A stretch of DNA of 64,000 bases from the human T2T-CHM13v2.0 reference genome, Homo sapiens, in NCBI RefSeq assembly GCF_009914755.1, contig NC_060935.1. One strand, written 5' to 3'. The translations under genes and the position numbers were made by a program. A model generated the notes under the pieces. It was not told where the DNA came from, did no database searches, and worked only from the letters and a program-made list of their open reading frames with translations. Below are positions 14,451-28,900 of this stretch, piece by piece; position 1 is the first letter of the stretch; every line of letters starts with the position of its first letter.

Positions 14451-17400
14451 CTTGACAGAGCAGCTCTGAAACCCTCTTATTCTAGAATCTGCAAGTGGAC
14501 ATTTGGAGGGCTTTGAGGCCTGTGGTGGAAAAGGAAAATCTTCACATAAAAACTAGATGGAAGCATTCTCAGAAACTACTTTGTGATGATTGCATTCGAC
14601 TCACAGAGTTGAACATTCCTATAGATAGAGCAGGTTGTAAACAATCTTTTTGTAGAATCTGCGATTGGAGATTTGGACTGCTTTGAGGCCTACTGTAGTA
14701 AAGGAAATAACTTCATCTAAAAACCAAACGGAAGCATTCACAGACAATTCTTAGTGATCATTGCATTGAACTAACAGAGCTGAACATTCCTTTAGATGGC
14801 GCAGTTTCCAAACACACTTTCTGTAGAATCTGCAAGTGGATATTTGGACTTCTCTGAGAATTTCGTTGGAAAAGGGATAAACTTCCCAGAACTACACGGA
14901 AGCATTGTGAGAAACTTCTTTGTGATGTTTGCATTCAACTCACAGAGTTGAAACTTGCTTTCATAGTTCAGCTTTCAAACACTCTTTTTGTAGAATCTGC
15001 AAGTGGATATTTGGACCACTTTGTGGCCTTCCTTTGAAACGGGTATATCTTCACATCAAACCTAGACATAAGCATTCTCAGAATGTTTCCTGTGAAGACT
15101 GCATTCAACTCACAGAGATGAACAATCCTGTTGATGGAGCACTTTGGAAACTCTCTTTCTTTGGATTCTGCAAGTTGATATGTGGACCTCTGTGAAGATT
15201 TCGTTGGAAACGGGTTCATCTTCACAGAAAAACTAAACAGAAGCATTCTCAAAAACTACTTTGTGATGTTTGTGTTCCACTTCAAGAATTGAACTTTCCT
15301 CTTGACAGAGCAGTTCTGAAAACCTCTTTTTCTAGAATCTGCAAGTGGACATTTGGAGGGCTTTGAGGCCTGTGGTGGAAAAGGAAAATCTTCACATAAA
15401 AACTAGATGGAAGCATTCTCAGAAACTACTTTGTGATGATTGCATTCGACTCACAGAGTTGAACATTCCTATAGATAGAGCAGGTTGTAAACAATCTTTT
15501 TGTAGAATCTGCGATTGGAGATTCGGACTGCTTTGAGGCCTACTGTAGTAAAGGAAATAACTTCATCTAAAAACCAAACGGAAGCATTCACAGACAATTC
15601 TTAGTGATCATTGCATTGAACTAACAGAGCTGAACATTCCTTTACATGGCGCAGTTTCCAAACACACTTTCTGTAGAATCTGCAAGTGGATATTTGGACC
15701 TCTCTGAGGATTTCGTTGGAAACGGGATAAACTTCCCAGAACTACACGGAAGCATGCTGAGAAACTTCTTTGTGATGTTTGCATTCAACTCACAGAGTTG
15801 AACCTTGCTTTCATAGTTCAGCTTTCAAACACTTTTTTTGTAGAATCTGCAAGTGGATATTTGGACCACTTTGTGGCCTTCCTTCGAAACGGGTATATCT
15901 TCACATCAAACCTAGACAGAAGCATTCTCAGAATGTTTCCTGTGATGACTGCATTCAACTCACAGAGGTGAACAATCCTGCTGATGGAGGAGTTTTGAAA
16001 CTCTCTTTCTTTGGATTCTGCAAGTGGATATGTGGACCTCTGTGAAGATTTCGTTGGAAACGGGTTCATCTTCACAGAAAAACTAAACAGAAGCATTCTC
16101 AGAAACTGCTTTGTGATGTTTGTGTTCCACTTCAGGAATTGAACTTTCCTCTTGACAGAGCAGCTCTGAAACCCTCTTATTCTAGAATCTGCAAGTGGAC
16201 ATTTGGAGGGCTTTGAGGCCTGTGGTGGAAAAGGAAAATCTTCACATAAAAACTAGATGGAAGCATTCTCAGAAACTACTTTGTGATGATTGCATTCGAC
16301 TCACAGAGTTGAACATTCCTATAGATAGAGCAGGTTGTAAACAATCTTTTTCTAGAATCTGCTATTGGAGATTTGGACTCCTTTGAGGCCTACTGTAGTA
16401 AAGGAAATAACTTCATCTAAAAACCAAACGGAAGCATTCACAGACAATTCTCAGGATCATTGGATTGAACTAACAGAGCTGAACATTCCTTTAGATGGAG
16501 CAGTTTCCAAACACACTTTCTGTAGAATCTGCAAGTGGATATTTGGACTTCTCTGAGAATTTCGTTGGAAAAGGGATAAACTTCCCAGAACTACACGGAA
16601 GCATTGTGAGAAACTTCTTTGTGATGTTTGCATTCAACTCACAGAGTTGAACCTTGCTTTCATAGTTCAGCTTTCAAACACTCTTTTTGTAGAATCTGCA
16701 AGTGGATATTTGGACCACTTTGTGGCCTTCCTTCGAAACGGGTATATCTTCACATCAAACCTAGACAGAAGCATTCTCAGAATGTTTCCTGTGATGACTG
16801 CATTCAACTCACAGAGGTGAACAATCCTGCTGATGGAGCAGTTTTGAAACTCTCTTTCTTTGGATTCTGCAAGTGGATATGTTGACCTCTGTGAAGATTT
16901 CGTTGGAAACGGGTTCATCTTCACAGAAAAACTAAACAGGAGCATTCTCAGAAACTGCTTTGTGATGTTTGTGTTCCACTTCAAGAATTGAACTTTCCTC
17001 TTGACAGAGCAGCTCTGAAACCCTCTTTTTCTAGAATCTGCAAGTGGACATTTGGAAGGATTTGAGGCCTGTGGTGGAAAAGGAAAATCTTCACATAAAA
17101 ACTAGATGGAAGCATTCTCAGAAACTACTTTGTGATGATTGCATTCGACTCACAGAGTTGAACATTCCTATAGATAGAGCAGGTTGTAAACAATCTTTTT
17201 GTAGAATCTGCGATTGGAGATTTGGACTGCTTTGAGGCCTACTGTAGTAAAGGAAATAACTTCATCTAAAAACCAAACGGAAGCATTTACAGACAATTCT
17301 TAGTGATCATTGGATTGAACTAACAGAGCTGAACATTCCTTTAGATGGAGCAGTTTCCAAACCCACTTTCTGTAGAATCTGCAAGTGGATATTTGGACTT

Positions 17401-20400
17401 CTCTGAGGATTTCGTTGGAAACGGGATAAACTTCCCAGAACTACAGGGAAGCATTGTGAGAAACTTCTTTGTGATGTTTGCATTCAACTCACAGAGTTGA
17501 ACCTTGCTTTCATAGTTCAGCTTTCAAACACTCTTTTTGTAGAATCTGCAAGTGGATATTTGGACCACTTTGTGGCCTTCCTTCGAAACGGGTATATCTT
17601 CACATCAAACCTAGACAGAAGCATTCTCAGAATGTTTCCTGTGATGACTGCATTCAACTCACAGAGGTGAACAATCCTGTTGATGGAGCACTTTTGAAAC
17701 TCTCTTTCTTTGGATTCTGCAAGTTGATATGTGGACCTCTGTGAAGATTTCGTTGGAAACGGGTTCATCTTCACAGAAAAACTAAACAGAAGCATTCTCT
17801 GAAACTACTTTGTGATGTTTGTGTTCCACTTCTAGAATTGAACTTTCCTCTTGACAGAGCAGCTCTGAAACCCTCTTTTTCTAGAATCTGCAAGTGGACA
17901 TTTGGAGGGCTTTGAGGCCTGTGGTGGAAAAGGAAAATCTTCACATAAAAACTAGATGGAAGCATTCTCAGAAACTACTTTGTGATGATTGCATTCGACT
18001 CACAGAGTTGAACATTCCTATAGATAGAGCAGGTTGTAAACAATCTTTTTGTAGAATCTGCGATTGGAGATTTGGACTGCTTTGAGGCCTACTGTAGTAA
18101 AGGAAATAACTTCATCTAAAAACCAAACGGAAGCATTCACAGACAATTCTTAGTGATCATTGCATTGAACTAACAGAGCTGAACATTCCTTTAGATGGAG
18201 CAGTTTCCAAACCCACTTTCTGTAGAATCTTCAAGTGGATATTTGGACTTCTCTGAGGATTTCGTTGGAAAAGGGATAAACTTCCCAGAACTACACGGAA
18301 GCATTGTGAGAAACTTCTTTGTGATGTTTGCATTCAACTCACAGAGTTGAACCTTGCTTTCATAGTTCAGCTTTCAAACACTCTTTTTGTAGAATCTGCA
18401 AGTGGATATTTGGACCACTTTGTGGCCTTCCTTCGAAACGGGTATATCTTCCCATCAAACCTAGACAGAAGCATTCTCAGAATGTTTCCTGTGATGACTG
18501 CATTCAACTCACAGAGGTGAACAATCCTGTTGATGGAGCACTTTTGAAACTCTCTTTCTTTGGATTCTGCAAGTTGATATGTGGACCTCTGTGAAGATTT
18601 CGTTGGAAACGGGTTCATCTTCACAGAAAAACTAAACAGAAGCATTCTCTGAAACTACTTTGTGATGTTTGTGTTCCACTTCTAGAATTGAACTTTCCTC
18701 TTGACAGAGCAGCTCTGAAACCCTCTTTTTCTAGAATCTGCAAGTGGACATTTGGAGGGCTTTGAGGCCTGTGGTGGAAAAGGAAAATCTTCACATAAAA
18801 ACTAGATGGAAGCATTCTCAGAAACTACTTTGTGATGATTGCATTCGACTCACAGAGTTGAACATTCCTATAGATTGAGCAGGTTGTAAACAATCTTTTT
18901 GTAGAATCTGCGATTGGAGATTTGGACTGCTTTGAGGCCTACTGTAGTAAAGGAAATAACTTCATCTAAAAACCAAACGGAAGCATTCACAGACAATTCT
19001 TAGTGATCATTGCATTGAACTAACAGAGCTGAACATTCCTTTAGATGGCGCAGTTTCCAAACACACTTTCTGTAGAATCTGCAAGTGGATATTTGGACCT
19101 CTCTGAGGATTTCGTTGGAAACGGGATAAAATTCCCAGAACTACACGGAAGCATTGTGAGAAACTTCTTTGTGATGTTTGCATTCAACTCACAGAGTTGA
19201 ACCTTGCTTTCATAGTTCAGCTTTCAAACACTCTTTTTGTAGAATCTGCAAGTGGATATTTGGACCACTTTGTGGCCTTCCTTCGAAACGGGTATATCTT
19301 CACATCAAACCTAGACAGAAGCATTCTCAGAATGTTTCCTGTGATGACTGCATTCAACTCACAGAGGTGAACAATCCTGCTGATGGAGCAATTTTGAAAC
19401 TCTCTTTCTTTGGATTCTGCAAGTGGATATGTGGACCTCTGTGAAGATTTCGTTGGAAACGGGTTCATCTTCACAGAAAAACTAAACAGAAGCATTCTCA
19501 GAAACTGCTTTGTGATGTTTGTGTTCCACTTCAGGAATTGAACTTTCCTCTTGACAGAGCAGCTCTGAAACCCTCTTATTCTAGAATCTGCAAGTGGACA
19601 TTTGGAGGGCTTTGAGGCCTGTGGTGGAAAAGGAAAATCTTCACATAAAAACTAGATGGAAGCATTCTCAGAAACTACTTTGTGATGATTGCATTCGACT
19701 CACAGAGTTGAACATTCCTATAGATAGAGCAGGTTGTAAACAATCTTTTTGTAGAATCTGCGATTGGAGATTTGGACTGCTTTGAGGCCTACTGTAGTAA
19801 AGGAAATAACTTCATCTAAAAACCAAACGGAAGCATTCACAGACAATTCTTAGTGATCATTGCATTGAACTAACAGAGCTGAACATTCCTTTAGATGGCG
19901 CAGTTTCCAAACACACTTTCTGTAGAATCTGCAAGTGGATATTTGGACTTCTCTGAGAATTTCGTTGGAAAAGGGATAAACTTCCCAGAACTACACGGAA
20001 GCATTGTGAGAAACTTCTTTGTGATGTTTGCATTCAACTCACAGAGTTGAAACTTGCTTTCATAGTTCAGCTTTCAAACACTCTTTTTGTAGAATCTGCA
20101 AGTGGATATTTGGACCACTTTGTGGCCTTCCTTTGAAACGGGTATATCTTCACATCAAACCTAGACATAAGCATTCTCAGAATGTTTCCTGTGAAGACTG
20201 CATTCAACTCACAGAGATGAACAATCCTGTTGATGGAGCACTTTGGAAACTCTCTTTCTTTGGATTCTGCAAGTTGATATGTGGACCTCTGTGAAGATTT
20301 CGTTGGAAACGGGTTCATCTTCACAGAAAAACTAAACAGAAGCATTCTCAAAAACTACTTTGTGATGTTTGTGTTCCACTTCAAGAATTGAACTTTCCTC

Positions 20401-22900
20401 TTGACAGAGCAGTTCTGAAAACCTCTTTTTCTAGAATCTGCAAGTGGACATTTGGAGGGCTTTGAGGCCTGTGGTGGAAAAGGAAAATCTTCACATAAAA
20501 ACTAGATGGAAGCATTCTCAGAAACTACTTTGTGATGATTGCATTCGACTCACAGAGTTGAACATTCCTATAGATAGAGCAGGTTGTAAACAATCTTTTT
20601 GTAGAATCTGCGATTGGAGATTCGGACTGCTTTGAGGCCTACTGTAGTAAAGGAAATAACTTCATCTAAAAACCAAACGGAAGCATTCACAGACAATTCT
20701 TAGTGATCATTGCATTGAACTAACAGAGCTGAACATTCCTTTACATGGCGCAGTTTCCAAACACACTTTCTGTAGAATCTGCAAGTGGATATTTGGACCT
20801 CTCTGAGGATTTCGTTGGAAACGGGATAAACTTCCCAGAACTACACGGAAGCATGCTGAGAAACTTCTTTGTGATGTTTGCATTCAACTCACAGAGTTGA
20901 ACCTTGCTTTCATAGTTCAGCTTTCAAACACTTTTTTTGTAGAATCTGCAAGTGGATATTTGGACCACTTTGTGGCCTTCCTTCGAAACGGGTATATCTT
21001 CACATCAAACCTAGACAGAAGCATTCTCAGAATGTTTCCTGTGATGACTGCATTCAACTCACAGAGGTGAACAATCCTGCTGATGGAGGAGTTTTGAAAC
21101 TCTCTTTCTTTGGATTCTGCAAGTGGATATGTGGACCTCTGTGAAGATTTCGTTGGAAACGGGTTCATCTTCACAGAAAAACTAAACAGAAGCATTCTCA
21201 GAAACTGCTTTGTGATGTTTGTGTTCCACTTCAGGAATTGAACTTTCCTCTTGACAGAGCAGCTCTGAAACCCTCTTATTCTAGAATCTGCAAGTGGACA
21301 TTTGGAGGGCTTTGAGGCCTGTGGTGGAAAAGGAAAATCTTCACATAAAAACTAGATGGAAGCATTCTCAGAAACTACTTTGTGATGATTGCATTCGACT
21401 CACAGAGTTGAACATTCCTATAGATAGAGCAGGTTGTAAACAATCTTTTTCTAGAATCTGCTATTGGAGATTTGGACTCCTTTGAGGCCTACTGTAGTAA
21501 AGGAAATAACTTCATCTAAAAACCAAACGGAAGCATTCACAGACAATTCTCAGGATCATTGGATTGAACTAACAGAGCTGAACATTCCTTTAGATGGAGC
21601 AGTTTCCAAACACACTTTCTGTAGAATCTGCAAGTGGATATTTGGACTTCTCTGAGAATTTCGTTGGAAAAGGGATAAACTTCCCAGAACTACACGGAAG
21701 CATTGTGAGAAACTTCTTTGTGATGTTTGCATTCAACTCACAGAGTTGAACCTTGCTTTCATAGTTCAGCTTTCAAACACTCTTTTTGTAGAATCTGCAA
21801 GTGGATATTTGGACCACTTTGTGGCCTTCCTTCGAAACGGGTATATCTTCACATCAAACCTAGACAGAAGCATTCTCAGAATGTTTCCTGTGATGACTGC
21901 ATTCAACTCACAGAGGTGAACAATCCTGCTGATGGAGCAGTTTTGAAACTCTCTTTCTTTGGATTCTGCAAGTGGATATGTTGACCTCTGTGAAGATTTC
22001 GTTGGAAACGGGTTCATCTTCACAGAAAAACTAAACAGGAGCATTCTCAGAAACTGCTTTGTGATGTTTGTGTTCCACTTCAAGAATTGAACTTTCCTCT
22101 TGACAGAGCAGCTCTGAAACCCTCTTTTTCTAGAATCTGCAAGTGGACATTTGGAAGGATTTGAGGCCTGTGGTGGAAAAGGAAAATCTTCACATAAAAA
22201 CTAGATGGAAGCATTCTCAGAAACTACTTTGTGATGATTGCATTCGACTCACAGAGTTGAACATTCCTATAGATAGAGCAGGTTGTAAACAATCTTTTTG
22301 TAGAATCTGCGATTGGAGATTTGGACTGCTTTGAGGCCTACTGTAGTAAAGGAAATAACTTCATCTAAAAACCAAACGGAAGCATTTACAGACAATTCTT
22401 AGTGATCATTGGATTGAACTAACAGAGCTGAACATTCCTTTAGATGGAGCAGTTTCCAAACCCACTTTCTGTAGAATCTGCAAGTGGATATTTGGACTTC
22501 TCTGAGGATTTCGTTGGAAACGGGATAAACTTCCCAGAACTACAGGGAAGCATTGTGAGAAACTTCTTTGTGATGTTTGCATTCAACTCACAGAGTTGAA
22601 CCTTGCTTTCATAGTTCAGCTTTCAAACACTCTTTTTGTAGAATCTGCAAGTGGATATTTGGACCACTTTGTGGCCTTCCTTCGAAACGGGTATATCTTC
22701 ACATCAAACCTAGACAGAAGCATTCTCAGAATGTTTCCTGTGATGACTGCATTCAACTCACAGAGGTGAACAATCCTGTTGATGGAGCACTTTTGAAACT
22801 CTCTTTCTTTGGATTCTGCAAGTTGATATGTGGACCTCTGTGAAGATTTCGTTGGAAACGGGTTCATCTTCACAGAAAAACTAAACAGAAGCATTCTCAG
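13000..22900 (+). repeat. Tandem 6-HOR (5099 bp) block duplication, about HOR16-21 = HOR22-27; partial third copy to about 26500
   Basis: Variants repeat at +5099: AATTCCC 14031/19130, CCTTTGAAAC 15031/20130, 1-bp deletion 16451/21550, 'MDIWKDL' ORF 17044/22143. Endpoints are approximate. Confidence 0.88.
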
Positions 22901-25900
22901 AAACTACTTTGTGATGTTTGTGTTCCACTTCAAGAATTGAACTTTCCTCTTGACAGAGCAGCTCTGAAACCCTCTTTTTCTAGAATCTGCAAGTGGACAT
23001 TTGGAGGGCTTTGAGGCCTGTGGTGGAAAAGGAAAATCTTCACATAAAAACTAGATGGAAGCATTCTCAGAAACTACTTTGTGATGATTGCATTCGTCTC
23101 ACAGAGTTGAACATTCCTATAGATAGAGCAGGTTGTAAACAATCTTTTTGTAGAATCTGCGATTGGAGATTTGGACTGCTTTGAGGCCTACTGTAGTAAA
23201 GGAAATAACTTCATCTAAAAACCAAACGGAAGCATTCACAGACAATTCTTAGTGATCATTGCATTGAACTAACAGAGCTGAACATTCCTTTAGATGGAGC
23301 AGTTTCCAAACACACTTTCTGTAGAATCTGCAAGTGGATATTTGGACTTCTCTGAGGATATCGTTGGAAACGGGATAAACTTCCCAGAACTACACGGAAG
23401 CATTGTGAGAAACTTCTTTGTGATGTTTGCATTCAACTCACAGAGTTGAACCTTGCTTTCATAGTTCAGCTTTCAAACACTCTTTTTGTAGAATCTGCAA
23501 GTGGATATTTGGACCACTTTGTGGCCTTCCTTCGAAACGGGTATATCTTCCCATCAAACCTAGACAGAAGCATTCTCAGAATGTTTCCTGTGATGACTGC
23601 ATTCAACTCACAGAGGTGAACAATCCTGTTGATGGAGCACTTTTGAAACTCTCTTTCTTTGGATTCTGCAAGTTGATATGTGGACCTCTGTGAAGATTTC
23701 GTTGGAAACGGGTTCATCTTCACAGAAAAACTAAACAGAAGCATTCTCTGAAACTACTTTGTGATGTTTGTGTTCCACTTCTAGAATTGAACTTTCCTCT
23801 TGACAGAGCAGCTCTGAAACCCTCTTTTTCTAGAATCTGCAAGTGGACATTTGGAGGGCTTTGAGGCCTGTGGTGGAAAAGGAAAATCTTCACATAAAAA
23901 CTAGATGGAAGCATTCTCAGAAACTACTTTGTGATGATTGCATTCGACTCACAGAGTTGAACATTCCTATAGATAGAGCAGGTTGTAAACAATCTTTTTG
24001 TAGAATCTGCGATTGGAGATTTGGACTGCTTTGAGGCCTACTGTAGTAAAGGAAATAACTTCATCTAAAAACCAAACGGAAGCATTCACAGACAATTCTT
24101 AGTGATCATTGCATTGAACTAACAGAGCTGAACATTCCTTTAGATGGCGCAGTTTCCAAACACACTTTCTGTAGAATCTGCAAGTGGATATTTGGACCTC
24201 TCTGAGGATTTCGTTGGAAACGGGATAAACTTCCCAGAACTACACGGAAGCATGCTGAGAAACTTCTTTGTGATGTTTGCATTCAACTCACAGAGTTGAA
24301 CCTTGCTTTCATAGTTCAGCTTTCAAACACTCTTTTTGTAGAATCTGCAAGTGGATATTTGGACCACTTTGTGGCCTTCCTTCGAAACGGGTATATCTTC
24401 ACATCAAACCTAGACAGAAGCATTCTCAGAATGTTTCCTGTGATGACTGCATTCAACTCACAGAGGTGAACAATCCTGCTGATGGGGCAATTTTGAAACT
24501 CTCTTTCTTTGGATTCTGCAAGTGGATATGTGGACCTCTGTGAAGATTTCGTTGGAAACGGGTTCATCTTCACAGAAAAACTAAACAGAAGCATTCTCAG
24601 AAACTGCTTTGTGATGTTTGTGTTCCACTTCAGGAATTGAACTTTCCTCTTGACAGAGCAGCTCTGAAACCCTCTTATTCTAGAATCTGCAAGTGGACAT
24701 TTGGAGGGCTTTGAGGCCTGTGGTGGAAAAGGAAAATCTTCACATAAAAACTAGATGGAAGCATTCTCAGAAACTACTTTGTGATGATTGCATTCGACTC
24801 ACAGAGTTGAACATTCCTATAGATAGAGCAGGTTGTAAACAATCTTTTTGTAGAATCTGCGATTGGAGATTTGGACTGCTTTGAGGCCTACTGTAGTAAA
24901 GGAAATAACTTCATCTAAAAACCAAACGGAAGCATTCACAGACAATTCTTAGTGATCATTGCATTGAACTAACAGAGCTGAACATTCCTTTAGATGGCGC
25001 AGTTTCCAAACACACTTTCTGTAGAATCTGCAAGTGGATATTTGGACTTCTCTGAGAATTTCGTTGGAAAAGGGATAAACTTCCCAGAACTACACGGAAG
25101 CATTGTGAGAAACTTCTTTGTGATGTTTGCATTCAACTCACAGAGTTGAACCTTGCTTTCATAGTTCAGCTTTCAAACACTCTTTTTGTAGAATCTGCAA
25201 GTGGATATTTGGACCACTTTGTGGCCTTCCTTCGAAACGGGTATATCTTCACATCAAACCTAGACATAAGCATTCTCAGAATGTTTCCTGTGAAGACTGC
25301 ATTCAACTCACAGAGATGAACAATCCTGTTGATGGAGCACTTTGGAAACTCTCTTTCTTTGGATTCTGCAAGTTGATATGTGGACCTCTGTGAAGATTTC
25401 GTTGGAAACGGGTTCATCTTCACAGAAAAACTAAACAGAAGCATTCTCAAAAACTACTTTGTGATGTTTGTGTTCCACTTCAAGAATTGAACTTTCCTCT
25501 TGACAGAGCAGTTCTGAAAACCTCTTTTTCTAGAATCTGCAAGTGGACATTTGGAGGGCTTTGAGGCCTGTGGTGGAAAAGGAAAATCTTCACATAAAAA
25601 CTAGATGGAAGCATTCTCAGAAACTACTTTGTGATGATTGCATTCGACTCACAGAGTTGAACATTCCTATAGATAGAGCAGGTTGTAAACAATCTTTTTG
25701 TAGAATCTGCGATTGGAGATTCGGACTGCTTTGAGGCCTACTGTAGTAAAGGAAATAACTTCATCTAAAAACCAAACGGAAGCATTCACAGACAATTCTT
25801 AGTGATCATTGCATTGAACTAACAGAGCTGAACATTCCTTTACATGGCGCAGTTTCCAAACACACTTTCTGTAGAATCTGCAAGTGGATATTTGGACCTC

Positions 25901-28900
25901 TCTGAGGATTTCGTTGGAAACGGGATAAACTTCCCAGAACTACACGGAAGCATGCTGAGAAACTTCTTTGTGATGTTTGCATTCAACTCACAGAGTTGAA
26001 CCTTGCTTTCATAGTTCAGCTTTCAAACACTTTTTTTGTAGAATCTGCAAGTGGATATTTGGACCACTTTGTGGCCTTCCTTCGAAACGGGTATATCTTC
26101 ACATCAAACCTAGACAGAAGCATTCTCAGAATGTTTCCTGTGATGACTGCATTCAACTCACAGAGGTGAACAATCCTGCTGATGGAGGAGTTTTGAAACT
26201 CTCTTTCTTTGGATTCTGCAAGTGGATATGTGGACCTCTGTGAAGATTTCGTTGGAAACGGGTTCATCTTCACAGAAAAACTAAACAGAAGCATTCTCAG
26301 AAACTGCTTTGTGATGTTTGTGTTCCACTTCAGGAATTGAACTTTCCTCTTGACAGAGCAGCTCTGAAACCCTCTTATTCTAGAATCTGCAAGTGGACAT
26401 TTGGAGGGCTTTGAGGCCTGTGGTGGAAAAGGAAAATCTTCACATAAAAACTAGATGGAAGCATTCTCAGAAACTACTTTGTGATGATTGCATTCGACTC
26501 ACAGAGTTGAACATTCCTATAGATAGAGCAGGTTGTAAACAATCTTTTTGTAGAATCTGCGATTGGAGATTTGGACTGCTTTGAGGCCTACTGTAGTAAA
26601 GGAAATAACTTCATCTAAAAACCAAACGGAAGCATTTACAGACAATTCTTAGTGATCATTGGATTGAACTAACAGAGCTGAACATTCCTTTAGATGGAGC
26701 AGTTTCCAAACCCACTTTCTGTAGAATCTGCAAGTGGATATTTGGACTTCTCTGAGGATTTCGTTGGAAACGGGATAAAATTCCCAGAACTACAGGGAAG
26801 CATTGTGAGAAACTTCTTTGTGATGTTTGCATTCAACTCACAGAGTTGAACCTTGCTTTCATAGTTCAGCTTTCAAACACTCTTTTTGTAGAATCTGCAA
26901 GTGGATATTTGGACCACTTTGTGGCCTTCCTTCGAAACGGGTATATCTTCACATCAAACCTAGACAGAAGCATTCTCAGAATGTTTCCTGTGATGACTGC
27001 ATTCAACTCACAGAGGTGAACAATCCTGTTGATGGAGCACTTTTGAAACTCTCTTTCTTTGGATTCTGCAAGTTGATATGTGGACCTCTGTGAAGATTTC
27101 GTTGGAAACGGGTTCATCTTCACAGAAAAACTAAACAGAAGCATTCTCAGAAACTACTTTGTGATGTTTGTGTTCCACTTCAAGAATTGAACTTTCCTCT
27201 TGACAGAGCAGCTCTGAAACCCTCTTTTTCTAGAATCTGCAAGTGGACATTTGGAGGGCTTTGAGGCCTGTGGTGGAAAAGGAAAATCTTCACATAAAAA
27301 CTAGATGGAAGCATTCTCAGAAACTACTTTGTGATGATTGCATTCGTCTCACAGAGTTGAACATTCCTATAGATAGAGCAGGTTGTAAACAATCTTTTTG
27401 TAGAATCTGCGATTGGAGATTTGGACTGCTTGGAGGCCTACTGTAGTAAAGTAAATAACTTCATCTAAAAACCAAACGGAAGCATTCACAGACAATTCTT
27501 AGTGATCATTGCATTGAACTAACAGAGCTGAACATTCCTTTAGATGGCGCAGTTTCCAAACACACTTTCTGTAGAATCTGCAAGTGGATATTTGGACCTC
27601 TCTGAGGATTTCGTTGGAAACGGGATAAACTTCCCAGAACTACACGGAAGCACTGTGAGAAAATTCTTTGTGATGTTTGCATTCAACTCACAGAGTTGAA
27701 CCTTGCTTTCATAGTTCAGCTTTCAAACACTCTTTTTGTAGAATCTGCAAGTGGATATTTGGACCACTTTGTGGCCTTCCTTCGAAACGGGTATATCTTC
27801 CCATCAAACCTAGACAGAAGCATTCTCAGAATGTTTCCTGTGATGACTGCATTCAACTCACAGAGGTGAACAATCCTGTTGATGGAGCACTTTTGAAACT
27901 CTCTTTCTTTGGATTCTGCAAGTTGATATGTGGACCTCTGTGAAGATTTCGTTGGAAACGGGTTCATCTTCACAGAAAAACTAAACAGAAGCATTCTCAG
28001 AAACTACTATGTGATGTTTGTGTTCCACTTCAAGAATTGAAGTTTCCTCTTGACAGAGCAGCTCTGAATCCCTCTTTTTCTAGAATCTGCAAGTGAACAT
28101 TTGGAGGGCTTTGAGGCCTGTGGTGGAAAAGGAAAATCTTCACATAAAAACTAGATGGAAGCATTCTCAGAAACTACTTTGTGATGATTGCATTCGACTC
28201 ACAGAGTTGAACATTCCTATAGATAGAGCAGGTTGTAAACAATCTTTTTGTAGAATCTGCGATTGGAGATTTGGACTGCTTTGAGGCCTACTGTAGTAAA
28301 GGAAATAACTTCATCTAAAAACCAAACGGAAGCATTCACAGACAATTCTTAGTGATCATTGCATTGAACTAACAGAGCTGAACATTCCTTTAGATGGCGC
28401 AGTTTCCAAACACACTTTCTGTAGAATCTGCAAGTGGATATTTGGACCTCTCTGAGGATTTCGTTAGAAAAGGGATAAACTTCCCAGAACTACACGGAAG
28501 CATGCTGAGAAACTTCTTTGTGATGTTTGCATTCAACTCACAGAGTTGAACCTTGCTTTCATAGTTCAGCTTTCAAACACTCTTTTTGTAGAATCTGCAA
28601 GTGGATATTTGGACCACTTTGTGGCCTTCCTTGAAACGGGTATATCTTCACATCAAACCTAGACAGAAGCATTCTCAGAATGTTTCCTGTGATGACTGCA
28701 TTCAACTCACAGAGGTGAACAATCCTGCTGATGGAGCAGTTTTGAAACTCTCTTTCTTTGGATTCTGCAAGTGGATATGTGGACCTCTGTGAAGATTTCG
28801 TTGGAAACGGGTTCATCTTCACAGAAAAACTAAACAGAAGCATTCTCAGAAACTGCTTTGTGATGTTTGTGTTCCACTTCAGGAATTGAACTTTCCTCTT

